Notes under the pieces: model-generated
What the model saw: the letters and a program-made list of their open reading frames with translations, nothing else
Database searches by the model: none
Told to the model about the DNA's origin: nothing
Shown: positions 39,669 to 48,168 of the stretch, in pieces
Position numbering within the stretch: position 1 is the first letter of the stretch
How the letters are laid out: each line of letters begins with the position of its first letter
Source: Bacillota bacterium
GTDB lineage: Bacteria > Bacillota > Sulfobacillia > Fermentithermobacillales > Fermentithermobacillaceae
Direction: 5' to 3'
Assembly: GCA_040880305.1 (NCBI GenBank)
Contig: JBBDIP010000043.1
Span: 12,730-76,729 of the forward strand
Length of the DNA stretch: 64,000 bases
Made by a program: the position numbers and the translations under genes

Positions 39669-42236
39669 ATGGCGGCAAAAGCACCCTCTCCCAAGATCAC
39701 TACCCCCGAAGAGTTTTTCGGCTATAGGCTTGGTTCTGACAGGAAGATCGCGCGTTGGGACAAGATCGTCGAGTACTTCTACAAGATTCAGTCCGAATCA
39801 AACGCCGTAAAGGTGGTGGACATGGGCCCGTCCACCGAAGGCAACCCATTCCTCCTCACGATCATCTCGTCTCCCGAGAACCTTGCGAATCTGGAGCATT
39901 ACAGGGAGATCAACGGGAAGATCGCCGATCCCCGCGGCCTCACCGAGGAGGCAGTCAAGGCGCTGGTCAAAGAGGGCAAGGCGGTGGTGTGCCAAAGCAT
40001 GAGCCTTCACGCCACCGAGATCGGCGGAACCCAGATGGCTCCCGAACTTGCCTATGACCTCATTGCCGGCGACTGTGAGGACAACAAGCGGATCCTCGAA
40101 AACGTCATTTTCCTCATGGTTCCGTGCTTCAACCCTGACGGCCAGATCATGGTCACAGACTGGTACGACAAGTGGCTGGGGACAGAGTACGAGGGCGGCA
40201 ATACGCCGTTTTTGTACCACAAGTACGCGGGCCACGACAACAACCGCGACGCGTTCGCATTGAACCTTCCTGAGTCCCGCTACATGGCGAAACTTGTGTT
40301 TACCGAGTGGCACCCGCAGGCTTACCAGGACCACCACCACATGGGGCCCAACGGCGCCCGCCTGTTCCTTGCGCCCTACTCCGACGCTATCCGCCCTCAT
40401 GCCGACCCCTTGGTGTGGCGCGAGGACTCGTGGTTTGGCGCGCACATGGCGTACACCCTCGAGGAGCAAGGCAAGACCGGCATCCTCAACAACGCCCAGT
40501 ACCCCGGGTGGGGCCATTTCGGTTTCCACTGGATCACGACTCACCACAACATAGCAGGCATGCTGACCGAATCAGCCAGCGCCAGGCTCGCGACCCCGCT
40601 GTACGTGCACCCTCACCAGCTCCGCGGGGCCAGCCAGAAGACGATGCCCAAGTACGAGGCCCAGACCAACTTCCCGCACCCCTGGCCGGGCGGATGGTGG
40701 CGCCTGCGTGACATAGTTGAGCAGCAGAAGATTTCCGCGTGGGCCCTCTTGGACATCTGCGCCAGGTACAGGGAGAAAGTCCTTTGGAACGCCTACCTCA
40801 AGGCCTCGCGCCAGACGGTGCGCGGCGCCGAAGGGAAGCCTTATGCCTTTGCCATTTCGCCGTGCAGGAACAATGACCCGCTCACAGCGCTAAAACTGGT
40901 CGAGCTGATGCTCCTCCAGGGCGCGGAGGTGAAGCGGTCGAAGAAGGAGTTCAGGGTCGGCGGCCAAGTATTCCCCGAGGGCACCTACGTCCTCTTCATG
41001 GATCAGCCCAAGATGGGTGTCCTGAAGTTCCTCTTGGGGCGCACATTCTACCCGGACAGCTACTGGACCAGGAACCCCGACGGCTCGCCAATCATGTACG
41101 ATACCGCGACCGATACAATCGGGGAGTTCATGGGCGTGGACGTGGTCGCCATCGATCCCAAGTTCGCGGGCGAGTTCGAGGTCGTGACCAAGGTCTCGAA
41201 GGTACAGCCCGAGGTCAAAGACGCGGCCGGTTATCTGCTGGATCCCAGGCTCAACGACACCTTCCTGGCCGTCAACCGCCTCCTCAACAAGGGCGCCAAG
41301 ATATGGAGGCTGGACGGGCCCGTCAAGGGGAGCGAGGATGCGCACTGCTCTTGCGCTCCTCTCGTTGGCGCCTTCTACGTTGAAAGCGTCGCTGGCCTCA
41401 AGGACACCATCCTGGGTGTCTCCAAGGACTTCGGCGTGCCGTTCATCCCGGTGAGCGCAGCGCCTGACGTAACCAAGCGCGAGGTCAAGCACCTCCGCGT
41501 CGGCATGTACCAGAGGTACTGGGGCGGCAACATGGATGAAGGATGGACCCGGTATGTCCTGGATAAGTTCGAGTTCCCCTACGTGTCCATCATGGACGCC
41601 GACGTGAAAGGCGGGGAACTTGCTGATAAAGTGGACGTTCTAATCATCCCCGGCGACAGGACCAGGCTGCTGATGGGGCCGGACAACGTCCCCGAAACCA
41701 ACCCCAACGCCAGGGCATGGCCCATTCCCGCGATGCCACCCGAGTTCAAGACGGGGCTGGGCAAGGACGGGCAGAAGGCAGTCGCCGAGTTCGTGAAGGA
41801 CGGCGGCAAGCTGGTGGCGATGGATACGTCCTCGGACTGGGTCATCGAGACCTGTGGGCTGAAGGTGCGGAACGTGGTGGCTAACGCCAGTTGGAAGGAC
41901 TTCTACTGCAACGGCTCCACGCTGCACGTGAACGTCCACACCTGCGACAGGCTAGCGTATGGCATGCCCGAGCAGGCGCTGGTGTTGAACCAGGGTAGCC
42001 CGACGTTCGAGATAACCGAGATGACTAAGCCCGAGGACTACCGGATCGTCGCCGAGTATCCGGCCGGCGACCTGCTTCAGAGCGGCTGGCTCATCGGTGC
42101 CGAGAAGATGGTCGGAAAGCCATGCATGATAGCCGCCAAGTGCGGTAAGGGCGAAGTCGTCCTCATCGGCTTCAGAACCCAGTTCAGGGCCCAGGCCCAC
42201 GGGACGTTCAAGTTCCTGTTCAACTGCCTTCTGTAG
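39669..42236 (+). CDS. M14-family zinc carboxypeptidase-like protein (large, about 855 aa)
   Basis: HxxE zinc site SLHATEIGG, then MVPCFNPDGQ and AGHDNNRD. No signal peptide is evident. Confidence 0.8.
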   Translation: MAAKAPSPKITTPEEFFGYRLGSDRKIARWDKIVEYFYKIQSESNAVKVVDMGPSTEGNPFLLTIISSPENLANLEHYREINGKIADPRGLTEEAVKALVKEGKAVVCQSMSLHATEIGGTQMAPELAYDLIAGDCEDNKRILENVIFLMVPCFNPDGQIMVTDWYDKWLGTEYEGGNTPFLYHKYAGHDNNRDAFALNLPESRYMAKLVFTEWHPQAYQDHHHMGPNGARLFLAPYSDAIRPHADPLVWREDSWFGAHMAYTLEEQGKTGILNNAQYPGWGHFGFHWITTHHNIAGMLTESASARLATPLYVHPHQLRGASQKTMPKYEAQTNFPHPWPGGWWRLRDIVEQQKISAWALLDICARYREKVLWNAYLKASRQTVRGAEGKPYAFAISPCRNNDPLTALKLVELMLLQGAEVKRSKKEFRVGGQVFPEGTYVLFMDQPKMGVLKFLLGRTFYPDSYWTRNPDGSPIMYDTATDTIGEFMGVDVVAIDPKFAGEFEVVTKVSKVQPEVKDAAGYLLDPRLNDTFLAVNRLLNKGAKIWRLDGPVKGSEDAHCSCAPLVGAFYVESVAGLKDTILGVSKDFGVPFIPVSAAPDVTKREVKHLRVGMYQRYWGGNMDEGWTRYVLDKFEFPYVSIMDADVKGGELADKVDVLIIPGDRTRLLMGPDNVPETNPNARAWPIPAMPPEFKTGLGKDGQKAVAEFVKDGGKLVAMDTSSDWVIETCGLKVRNVVANASWKDFYCNGSTLHVNVHTCDRLAYGMPEQALVLNQGSPTFEITEMTKPEDYRIVAEYPAGDLLQSGWLIGAEKMVGKPCMIAAKCGKGEVVLIGFRTQFRAQAHGTFKFLFNCLL

Positions 42237-42314
42237 TCTTGGTCAAGGAGAGCTGATGGATTGGAGTGGGGCCCGATTTTGGGCCCCATGTTCAATAGAG
42301 GAGGAATCTCTGGC

Positions 42315-43925
42315 ATGGCCGATCATCAGGAAGTTATGTCCCGCAATGGCATGGTATCCAGCGCCCACCCGCTTGCCTCACAGGCCGGGGTCGGGATGCT
42401 GAGGAGCGGCGGGAACGCGGTGGACGCCGCAGTTGCCGCCGCGTTCGCCATCGGCGTGGCAGAGCCTTTCACCTCCGGTATCGGTGGTGGAGGGTTCATG
42501 CTGGTGAGGATGGCCGAAGCGAGTGCGGGACGGAACCAGACCGCTTTCATCGACTACCGCGAAGTCGCTCCCAAATCTGCCACCCCCAATATGTACGAGG
42601 TCGTTAACGGCCAGGTATTAGGCCGGGAGAACGAGATAGGACACAAGGCGGTGGCCGTGCCCGGGTCGGTGGCCGGGATGGCCAAGGCCCTTGAACTGTA
42701 CGGGACCAAGTCGCTATCCGAAGTCATTGAACCTGCCGCCGAACTTGCTGATAGAGGGATCCCTGTCGGACCCTTCCTCAAGACGGCCATGGGCCGAAAC
42801 GTCGACAGGCTGCGCAAGTTCTCTCACGCCGCGCGCATCTATCTGAAGGGGGGACAACCCTTCGAGTTGGGAGACACCCTGGTCAACCCCGATTACGCCC
42901 GCACTTTGCGGTTGATTGGGGAGAAAGGCCCCGAAGCCTTCTACCAGGGGGAGATCGCTCAGGCCCTAGCACGGGAGATGGAGGCCCACGGCGGACTCGT
43001 GAGTCTCGAGGATCTGAAGTCGTACCGGCCCGTTCTTAGGCAACCTGTTAGAGGGACATATCGGAGCTACGAGATCATATCGTCCCCTCCGCCAAGTTCA
43101 GGTGGCACACATGTGGTTGAGATTTTGAACATGCTGGAGGGTTTTGACGTGCGCGGGATGGGGCACGGTTCTCCCGAATCGCTGCACCTTCTGGCTGAGG
43201 CGTTTAGGCGCGCCTTCGCTGACCGCCAAGCGTTCATGGGCGATCCCGCTTTCGTGAAGATCCCCCTCCAAGGCTTGCTCAGCAAGGATTATGCTCGTGA
43301 CAGGATCGCAGGTTTCGATCCGGCGCGTGCTGCGAGAGGTGACGCCGGGCGCCCCTCCAACTACGAAGGCCACAGCACGACCCATCTTTCGGTCATGGAT
43401 AGCCGGGGAAACGCGGTCTCGCTCACTCAGACAGTCGAGAGTTTCTTTGGTTGCGGTGTGGTCTTGCCCGGATATGGGTTCATCTTGAACGACCAGATGC
43501 ACGACCTGGACCCCGTGCCGGGCGGTCCCAACAGCGTGGCGCCGGGAAAGAAACCGCTGTCCAGCATGTCTCCTACAATTGTACTAAGAGACGGCCGGCC
43601 ATTCCTCGCGGTGGGCTCACCAGGCAGCAAGAGGATCATCACAGCGGTTGCGCAAGTCCTCTCCAACGTACTGGACCACGGCATGGGCATTCAGCAGGCC
43701 ATCAACTCGCCGCGTATTCATGTGGAGGATGACCCGCTGTTCCTGGAAGGGCGAATCGCGGAGAGCACGCGAGAGGGACTCCGGGCAAGAGGCCACCATC
43801 TGGAGATCAGGTCCGACCTGGACTATTTCTTTGGGGGAGCGCACGGAGTACTTCTTGATGTTCGGTCCAGCGAGTTTCACGGCGGAGCGGACCCCAGAAG
43901 GGACGGCAGGGCGGTAGGGGTCTAG
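42315..43925 (+). CDS. ggt: Gamma-glutamyltransferase family protein
   Basis: Motifs GGNAVDAAVA, GIGGGGFM, and the autoprocessing site HSTTHLSV (Thr nucleophile). Start at the ATG at 42315 behind GAGGAGGA. No signal peptide. Confidence 0.9.
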   Translation: MADHQEVMSRNGMVSSAHPLASQAGVGMLRSGGNAVDAAVAAAFAIGVAEPFTSGIGGGGFMLVRMAEASAGRNQTAFIDYREVAPKSATPNMYEVVNGQVLGRENEIGHKAVAVPGSVAGMAKALELYGTKSLSEVIEPAAELADRGIPVGPFLKTAMGRNVDRLRKFSHAARIYLKGGQPFELGDTLVNPDYARTLRLIGEKGPEAFYQGEIAQALAREMEAHGGLVSLEDLKSYRPVLRQPVRGTYRSYEIISSPPPSSGGTHVVEILNMLEGFDVRGMGHGSPESLHLLAEAFRRAFADRQAFMGDPAFVKIPLQGLLSKDYARDRIAGFDPARAARGDAGRPSNYEGHSTTHLSVMDSRGNAVSLTQTVESFFGCGVVLPGYGFILNDQMHDLDPVPGGPNSVAPGKKPLSSMSPTIVLRDGRPFLAVGSPGSKRIITAVAQVLSNVLDHGMGIQQAINSPRIHVEDDPLFLEGRIAESTREGLRARGHHLEIRSDLDYFFGGAHGVLLDVRSSEFHGGADPRRDGRAVGV

Positions 43926-43979
43926 CTCGGTAGCAGCGAATTCGGTAAGGCGCGAACTTCGACACCGGGAGGGCTGTAC

Positions 43980-45326
43980 ATGGAGAAGCAAGACTGGACG
44001 GCATTTGAGCAGTACGTTCAACAGGTTATGACGGACAACCACATGGTCGGAGCGGCGGTGGCGGTAGGCGACCCAAAGGAAGTCCTGTACGCCAAGGGCT
44101 TTGGTGTCAAGAATGTGAACTTGGGGGAGCCGGTGACGCCCGAGACGATTTTTGGCTGCGCCTCCGTCAGCAAGTCCTTTACCGCGATGGCCATATCTCA
44201 ACTGGCCGACCGGGGGCTACTCTCGGTTGACGATCCGGTCACAAAGCACATCCCCGAGTTCAGCCTCACCGGCGTGGGCGACATGCAAGACGTGAAGATG
44301 CGCCACATCCTGTCCCACACCACCGGACTGCCTCCTATGAAAAGGCGCCAGGACATTACCGGTTTTGACCGGCACGTGGAGTATCTGGCCTCCGCCGAGT
44401 ATGAGCTACTGGGCAAGCCGGGTGAGTACTTCAGCTACTGCAACGACACGTTTCTTCTAAACGGCCTCATCATCCAGCGCAAGACAGGCCAGATATACAG
44501 GCGCTACATGACGGGGCACATCCTGGATGCAGCGGGGATGAACAGGTCTACCTATAACCTTGAGGAGCTGGAGAAGCTCGGGGACGTCTCGACCCCGTAC
44601 GTGTACAACAAGAAGACCGGAGCGCACGAGGAGCAGCCCTGGCCCGTTCTGGGGACTTACGAGGTGGGCGGGGGAGTGCGATCCTGCGTGCTGGACCTCA
44701 TGAAGTACGGCCAGGTCTACCTCAACGGGGGTGTTGCGGCTAACGGCACGCGCATTGTCTCGGAAGAGGGCCTCCGGCGCATGTGGACGACTCCCATGCA
44801 CAGGACTGCACGCAAGACCGACTACAATTTCGCTCTCGGTGTGACGCCTGACTACGACGGTCGCGGGATCACCCTGGTCGAGCACAGCGGTGGTCAGCCA
44901 GGTGTCTCGTCCAATTTCGGTTTTACCCCTGAGAAGGGGATAACCGCGGCGGTCCTCACCAACGTCACCGGCGTCCCGGCAGCGGCCATCTGGCTTGCGG
45001 CGGTAAACACAGTCCTAGGCCTACCCCTTTGGACTTTGAAGAGCCTCGAGACCGAGTGGTCTGCGCCTTTGGATCACGCGACCAGGTTCTGTGGCAATTA
45101 CCGGAGCGACGAGGGGGGCAACATCACGCTCGTTATGGAAGACGGCGCCCTCAAACTCACGATGGAGGGCGAGGAGTTCCCGGTTAAGGCCAGCGACGAG
45201 CGAACCCTGTTCTTCGAGGCCCAGGGCCAGCAGCAGGTGCTGCGGTTCTACTTCGACGAGAAGAAAGACTGCGCCCATCCGTGGGCTGTGTTGGCCCACT
45301 CCAGGATGCTGAGGAGTACGCGATGA
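43980..45326 (+). CDS. Serine hydrolase (beta-lactamase/PBP4-like, class C fold)
   Basis: SxxK motif ASVSKSF. Confidence 0.85.
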   Translation: MEKQDWTAFEQYVQQVMTDNHMVGAAVAVGDPKEVLYAKGFGVKNVNLGEPVTPETIFGCASVSKSFTAMAISQLADRGLLSVDDPVTKHIPEFSLTGVGDMQDVKMRHILSHTTGLPPMKRRQDITGFDRHVEYLASAEYELLGKPGEYFSYCNDTFLLNGLIIQRKTGQIYRRYMTGHILDAAGMNRSTYNLEELEKLGDVSTPYVYNKKTGAHEEQPWPVLGTYEVGGGVRSCVLDLMKYGQVYLNGGVAANGTRIVSEEGLRRMWTTPMHRTARKTDYNFALGVTPDYDGRGITLVEHSGGQPGVSSNFGFTPEKGITAAVLTNVTGVPAAAIWLAAVNTVLGLPLWTLKSLETEWSAPLDHATRFCGNYRSDEGGNITLVMEDGALKLTMEGEEFPVKASDERTLFFEAQGQQQVLRFYFDEKKDCAHPWAVLAHSRMLRSTR

Positions 45327-45700
45327 GGATGGCACGTGCCCGTGTTGAGTACTGCACGCTCTACCTGAATCTTTCTGCCGTCCGGGGCACCGTGTTCGAC
45401 GGTGGCAGGCTTCCTCCCACGATTGAAGAGTTTGACGGCGCGCTGGCGGCATACGAGCAGGGCGGCAGGACGGCTTTTGTGCCCACCTACCCCGGGTGGT
45501 GGCCCCAAGCCTGGGCTGGTTTCTTTGGTGGCTGCTGGGCGGACGAGGACGGGTCCTTCACCCCCGGCAGACCGGGAAACGTGCGGGTTGGCTCGGGTAT
45601 CTGGACAGGATCAAGGCAGCGTTTGCAGCCGTATGGTTGGGCGAGAAGAGCCCGGACCAGGTTCTACGAGCCTCCACCTAGCCTCGGTTCTGCGAGGTAG
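45323..45700 (+). pseudogene. Possible remnant of an extracellular solute-binding protein gene
   Basis: Two frames carry SBP-like text: TIEEFDGALAAYEQGG...WWPQAWAGFFGGCWADEDGSF, and in another frame YLDRIKAAFAAVWLGEKSPDQVL. The stretch is too short and frame-broken for an intact gene. Confidence 0.3.
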
Positions 45701-45788
45701 TTCCAGTAGGCCTAAAGCCCGCCTAGTCTTGACAGGGTTTGCCACCCGGGGATATAGTTCACCTAACCAGCAGTGTTTGTTTGCGCCT

Positions 45789-45905
45789 GATCGCTGAATC
45801 TCTCCTTTCGGAGGGAGCGGGGGAACCGGTTCCTTGGGGCTAATCGCTTTCGCGTAGGGCTAATCCTTTTCAGCCCGAGCCCGTCAGCTAACCTCGTAAG
45901 CGTGG
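45789..45905 (+). promoter_or_regulatory. ydaO/yuaA-type (c-di-AMP) riboswitch aptamer
   Basis: GATCGCTGAATC...GCGGGGGAACC...GGGGCTAATC...GGGCTAATCC...CCCGAGCCCGTCAGCTAACCTCGTAAGCG matches the remembered conserved core of the ydaO motif. The 5-prime CGCT pairs with the 3-prime AGCG. A GC hairpin follows at 45926-45941. Confidence 0.8.
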
Positions 45906-46060
45906 AAAGGGAAGGCGGCCTCATTGGCGGCACCTGCCGCCTCGTCTAGAGCCTCTTCCCGGCCAGTCACCGCACACGGTCTTTGCAGCTATTTCAGTCC
46001 TTGATCGTTTGCGGGTTCAAACTACCCCCTGCTGGCACTACTCCGGGGGAGGTATGTCAT

Positions 46061-47032
46061 TTGCCGCACATCTGCGTCGTCGTCAACCACAGGAGCTCGG
46101 CGTTCTACGCTCATGATCCGCATGCCAAGGAGCAGTCCCAGGTGACAACAGACGCCGTCTGCACTGCCCTGGGCGAGCTGGGCCATAAGGTCACAGTGGT
46201 CGAGGTGAGCCCGTCGCTGCTCGACCGCCTCAATACAGTGAACCCCGATGCCGTGTTCAACCTGGCTACGGGCTACCGGACCAAGAGGGACCAAGCGAAC
46301 ATAGCTGCGATGCTCGAAATGTCAGGTTTCGCCTTTACCGGCTCGGGTCCTTTCAGCCACCTGCTCGGCCTCTACAAACATCTGACCAAGGCCACCATGG
46401 GTATCTACGGGATACCTACTCCCAAGTTCAAGGTTGTCCAGGACACGGCGCTTGCCGGTCCCGAGATCACTGAGGGCCTGGATTTCCCCGTGATCGTAAA
46501 ACCTGCCGCCGAAGGGTCCAGCGTCGGCATCTCGGAATCTAGCGTGGTGTCCGACCCAGACGCTGCTCTTGCCCAGGTCAGGCTCATTGCCGAACGCTAC
46601 GGCCTGCCCGTCCTCGTCGAGGAGTTCGTGAATGGACGGGAGTTCACCGTGGGTCTCGTCGGCTATCCACAGCCGCAGGCGCTGCCGGTGGAGGAGATCG
46701 TGTTCAAGAAGGGTCGCATGTACACCTACGATGTGAAGTCGCGCGACGCTGTGGAGCCGGTATGTCCGGCGGAGATACCTCCCGAGAGCGTGGTCGAACT
46801 CCAGGACCTCGCTTTAAAGACCTTCAATGCGGTAGGCTGCACGGATTTGGCCAGAGTGGACATCCGCGTGTCGTCAGAAGGAAAACTCTACGTGCTTGAG
46901 ATTAACACCCTGCCCGGCCTCATGCCGGGCTACAGCGAGCTCCCCAGGATGGCCGGAAAGGGCGGGTTCACGTTTAGGGCTCTCGTGGAACGGATCCTAG
47001 AGGGCGCACTCAAGAGGGGGGTTGCATCATGA
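46061..47032 (+). CDS. D-Ala-D-Ala ligase-family ATP-grasp ligase (operon gene 1)
   Basis: Motifs FPVIVKPAAEGSSVGI and LEINTLPG. Start set to the TTG at 46061 behind GGGGGAGG, by alignment with the paralogs at 49857 and 60029. Confidence 0.8.
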   Translation: MPHICVVVNHRSSAFYAHDPHAKEQSQVTTDAVCTALGELGHKVTVVEVSPSLLDRLNTVNPDAVFNLATGYRTKRDQANIAAMLEMSGFAFTGSGPFSHLLGLYKHLTKATMGIYGIPTPKFKVVQDTALAGPEITEGLDFPVIVKPAAEGSSVGISESSVVSDPDAALAQVRLIAERYGLPVLVEEFVNGREFTVGLVGYPQPQALPVEEIVFKKGRMYTYDVKSRDAVEPVCPAEIPPESVVELQDLALKTFNAVGCTDLARVDIRVSSEGKLYVLEINTLPGLMPGYSELPRMAGKGGFTFRALVERILEGALKRGVAS

Positions 47033-48168
47033 ACGCGGAGAGAGTCGATATGGCAGTCGCAGGTCTTCCTGCATTCGCCGTCCTCGGGATCGGCAACGGA
47101 GGCCAGGCCATGGCCGGCTACCTTTCCCTACGTGGGTTCCCGGTGAATCTTTGGAACCGGTCGCCGGGCAAGGTGGAAGCGCTCAACGCTTTGGGCGGCA
47201 TACACCTTGAAGGCGCGATAGAGGGCGTGGGGGTCCCACGTCTGGTCACTACAGACCTGTCGTTGGCGATCCAGGATGTCCGAGTCCTCATGGTGACTGT
47301 CCCGGCGTCGGGCCACCGCGATGTGGCGAGGATGCTTGCGCCGCATCTTCACGACGGCCAGGTGGTTGTCCTAAACCCGGGAAGGACGGGAGGGGCGCTG
47401 GCCTTTAGGAGCAACCTGGAACGCGCGGGTTGCCAGGCCGACGTGACCGTGGCCGAGACCAACACGTTCATCTACGCGAGCCGCACGCTTGAGCCCGGAA
47501 AGTCGCATGTCTACGGTGTGAAGCAGCATGTGAGCTTGGCCGCTCTTCCGGCCGAGATGACCATCTCGGTCCTCCAGACAATACGGACCGCCTTTCCTCA
47601 GTTCGTGCCAGGTGAAAACGTGCTGGCTACAAGCCTGGACAACATGGGGGCCATTTTCCATCCTGTACCCGCGCTGTTCAATGTCACAAGGCTGGAGGCG
47701 GGAGAGAAGTACGAGCACTACATGGGCGGGATCTCGAGATCGGTTGCCCGTCTGCTCGAACGTCTCGACGCGGAACGCATGACCATTGCGCGGGCGCTGG
47801 GCGTGAACGCGCGTTCAGCCCTTGAGTGGCTGCGCGACACCTACGGAGTCAGCGCGGGCAGCTTGTACGACGGTATACAGAGCAACACGTCGTACCGCGG
47901 GATACTGGCGCCGGAATCCCTGGATACACGCTACATTCATGAGGACGTGCCGTTCAGCTTGGTCCCGCTGGTCCACTTGGCGGAGTTTGTCGGCCTGCGC
48001 GCCCCGGTACTCCGGTCAGTCATCTCAGTGGCGGAAGGTCTTCTGGGGCAGGACTTCTGGGGCCAGGGCAGGGACGCGCGGGAGATGGGGATCGAAGGCA
48101 TGAGCCTGGGAGATCTCAAATTGCTCGTAAAGGAGGGCGTTGCAGATTGTCCAGAAATCGCCGGATGA
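47029..48168 (+). CDS. NAD/NADP octopine/nopaline (opine) dehydrogenase family protein (operon gene 2)
   Basis: Rossmann VLGIGNGGQAMAGYL. The length and a C-terminal helical domain fit opine dehydrogenases. ATGA overlap with gene 1. Confidence 0.75.
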   Translation: MNAERVDMAVAGLPAFAVLGIGNGGQAMAGYLSLRGFPVNLWNRSPGKVEALNALGGIHLEGAIEGVGVPRLVTTDLSLAIQDVRVLMVTVPASGHRDVARMLAPHLHDGQVVVLNPGRTGGALAFRSNLERAGCQADVTVAETNTFIYASRTLEPGKSHVYGVKQHVSLAALPAEMTISVLQTIRTAFPQFVPGENVLATSLDNMGAIFHPVPALFNVTRLEAGEKYEHYMGGISRSVARLLERLDAERMTIARALGVNARSALEWLRDTYGVSAGSLYDGIQSNTSYRGILAPESLDTRYIHEDVPFSLVPLVHLAEFVGLRAPVLRSVISVAEGLLGQDFWGQGRDAREMGIEGMSLGDLKLLVKEGVADCPEIAG

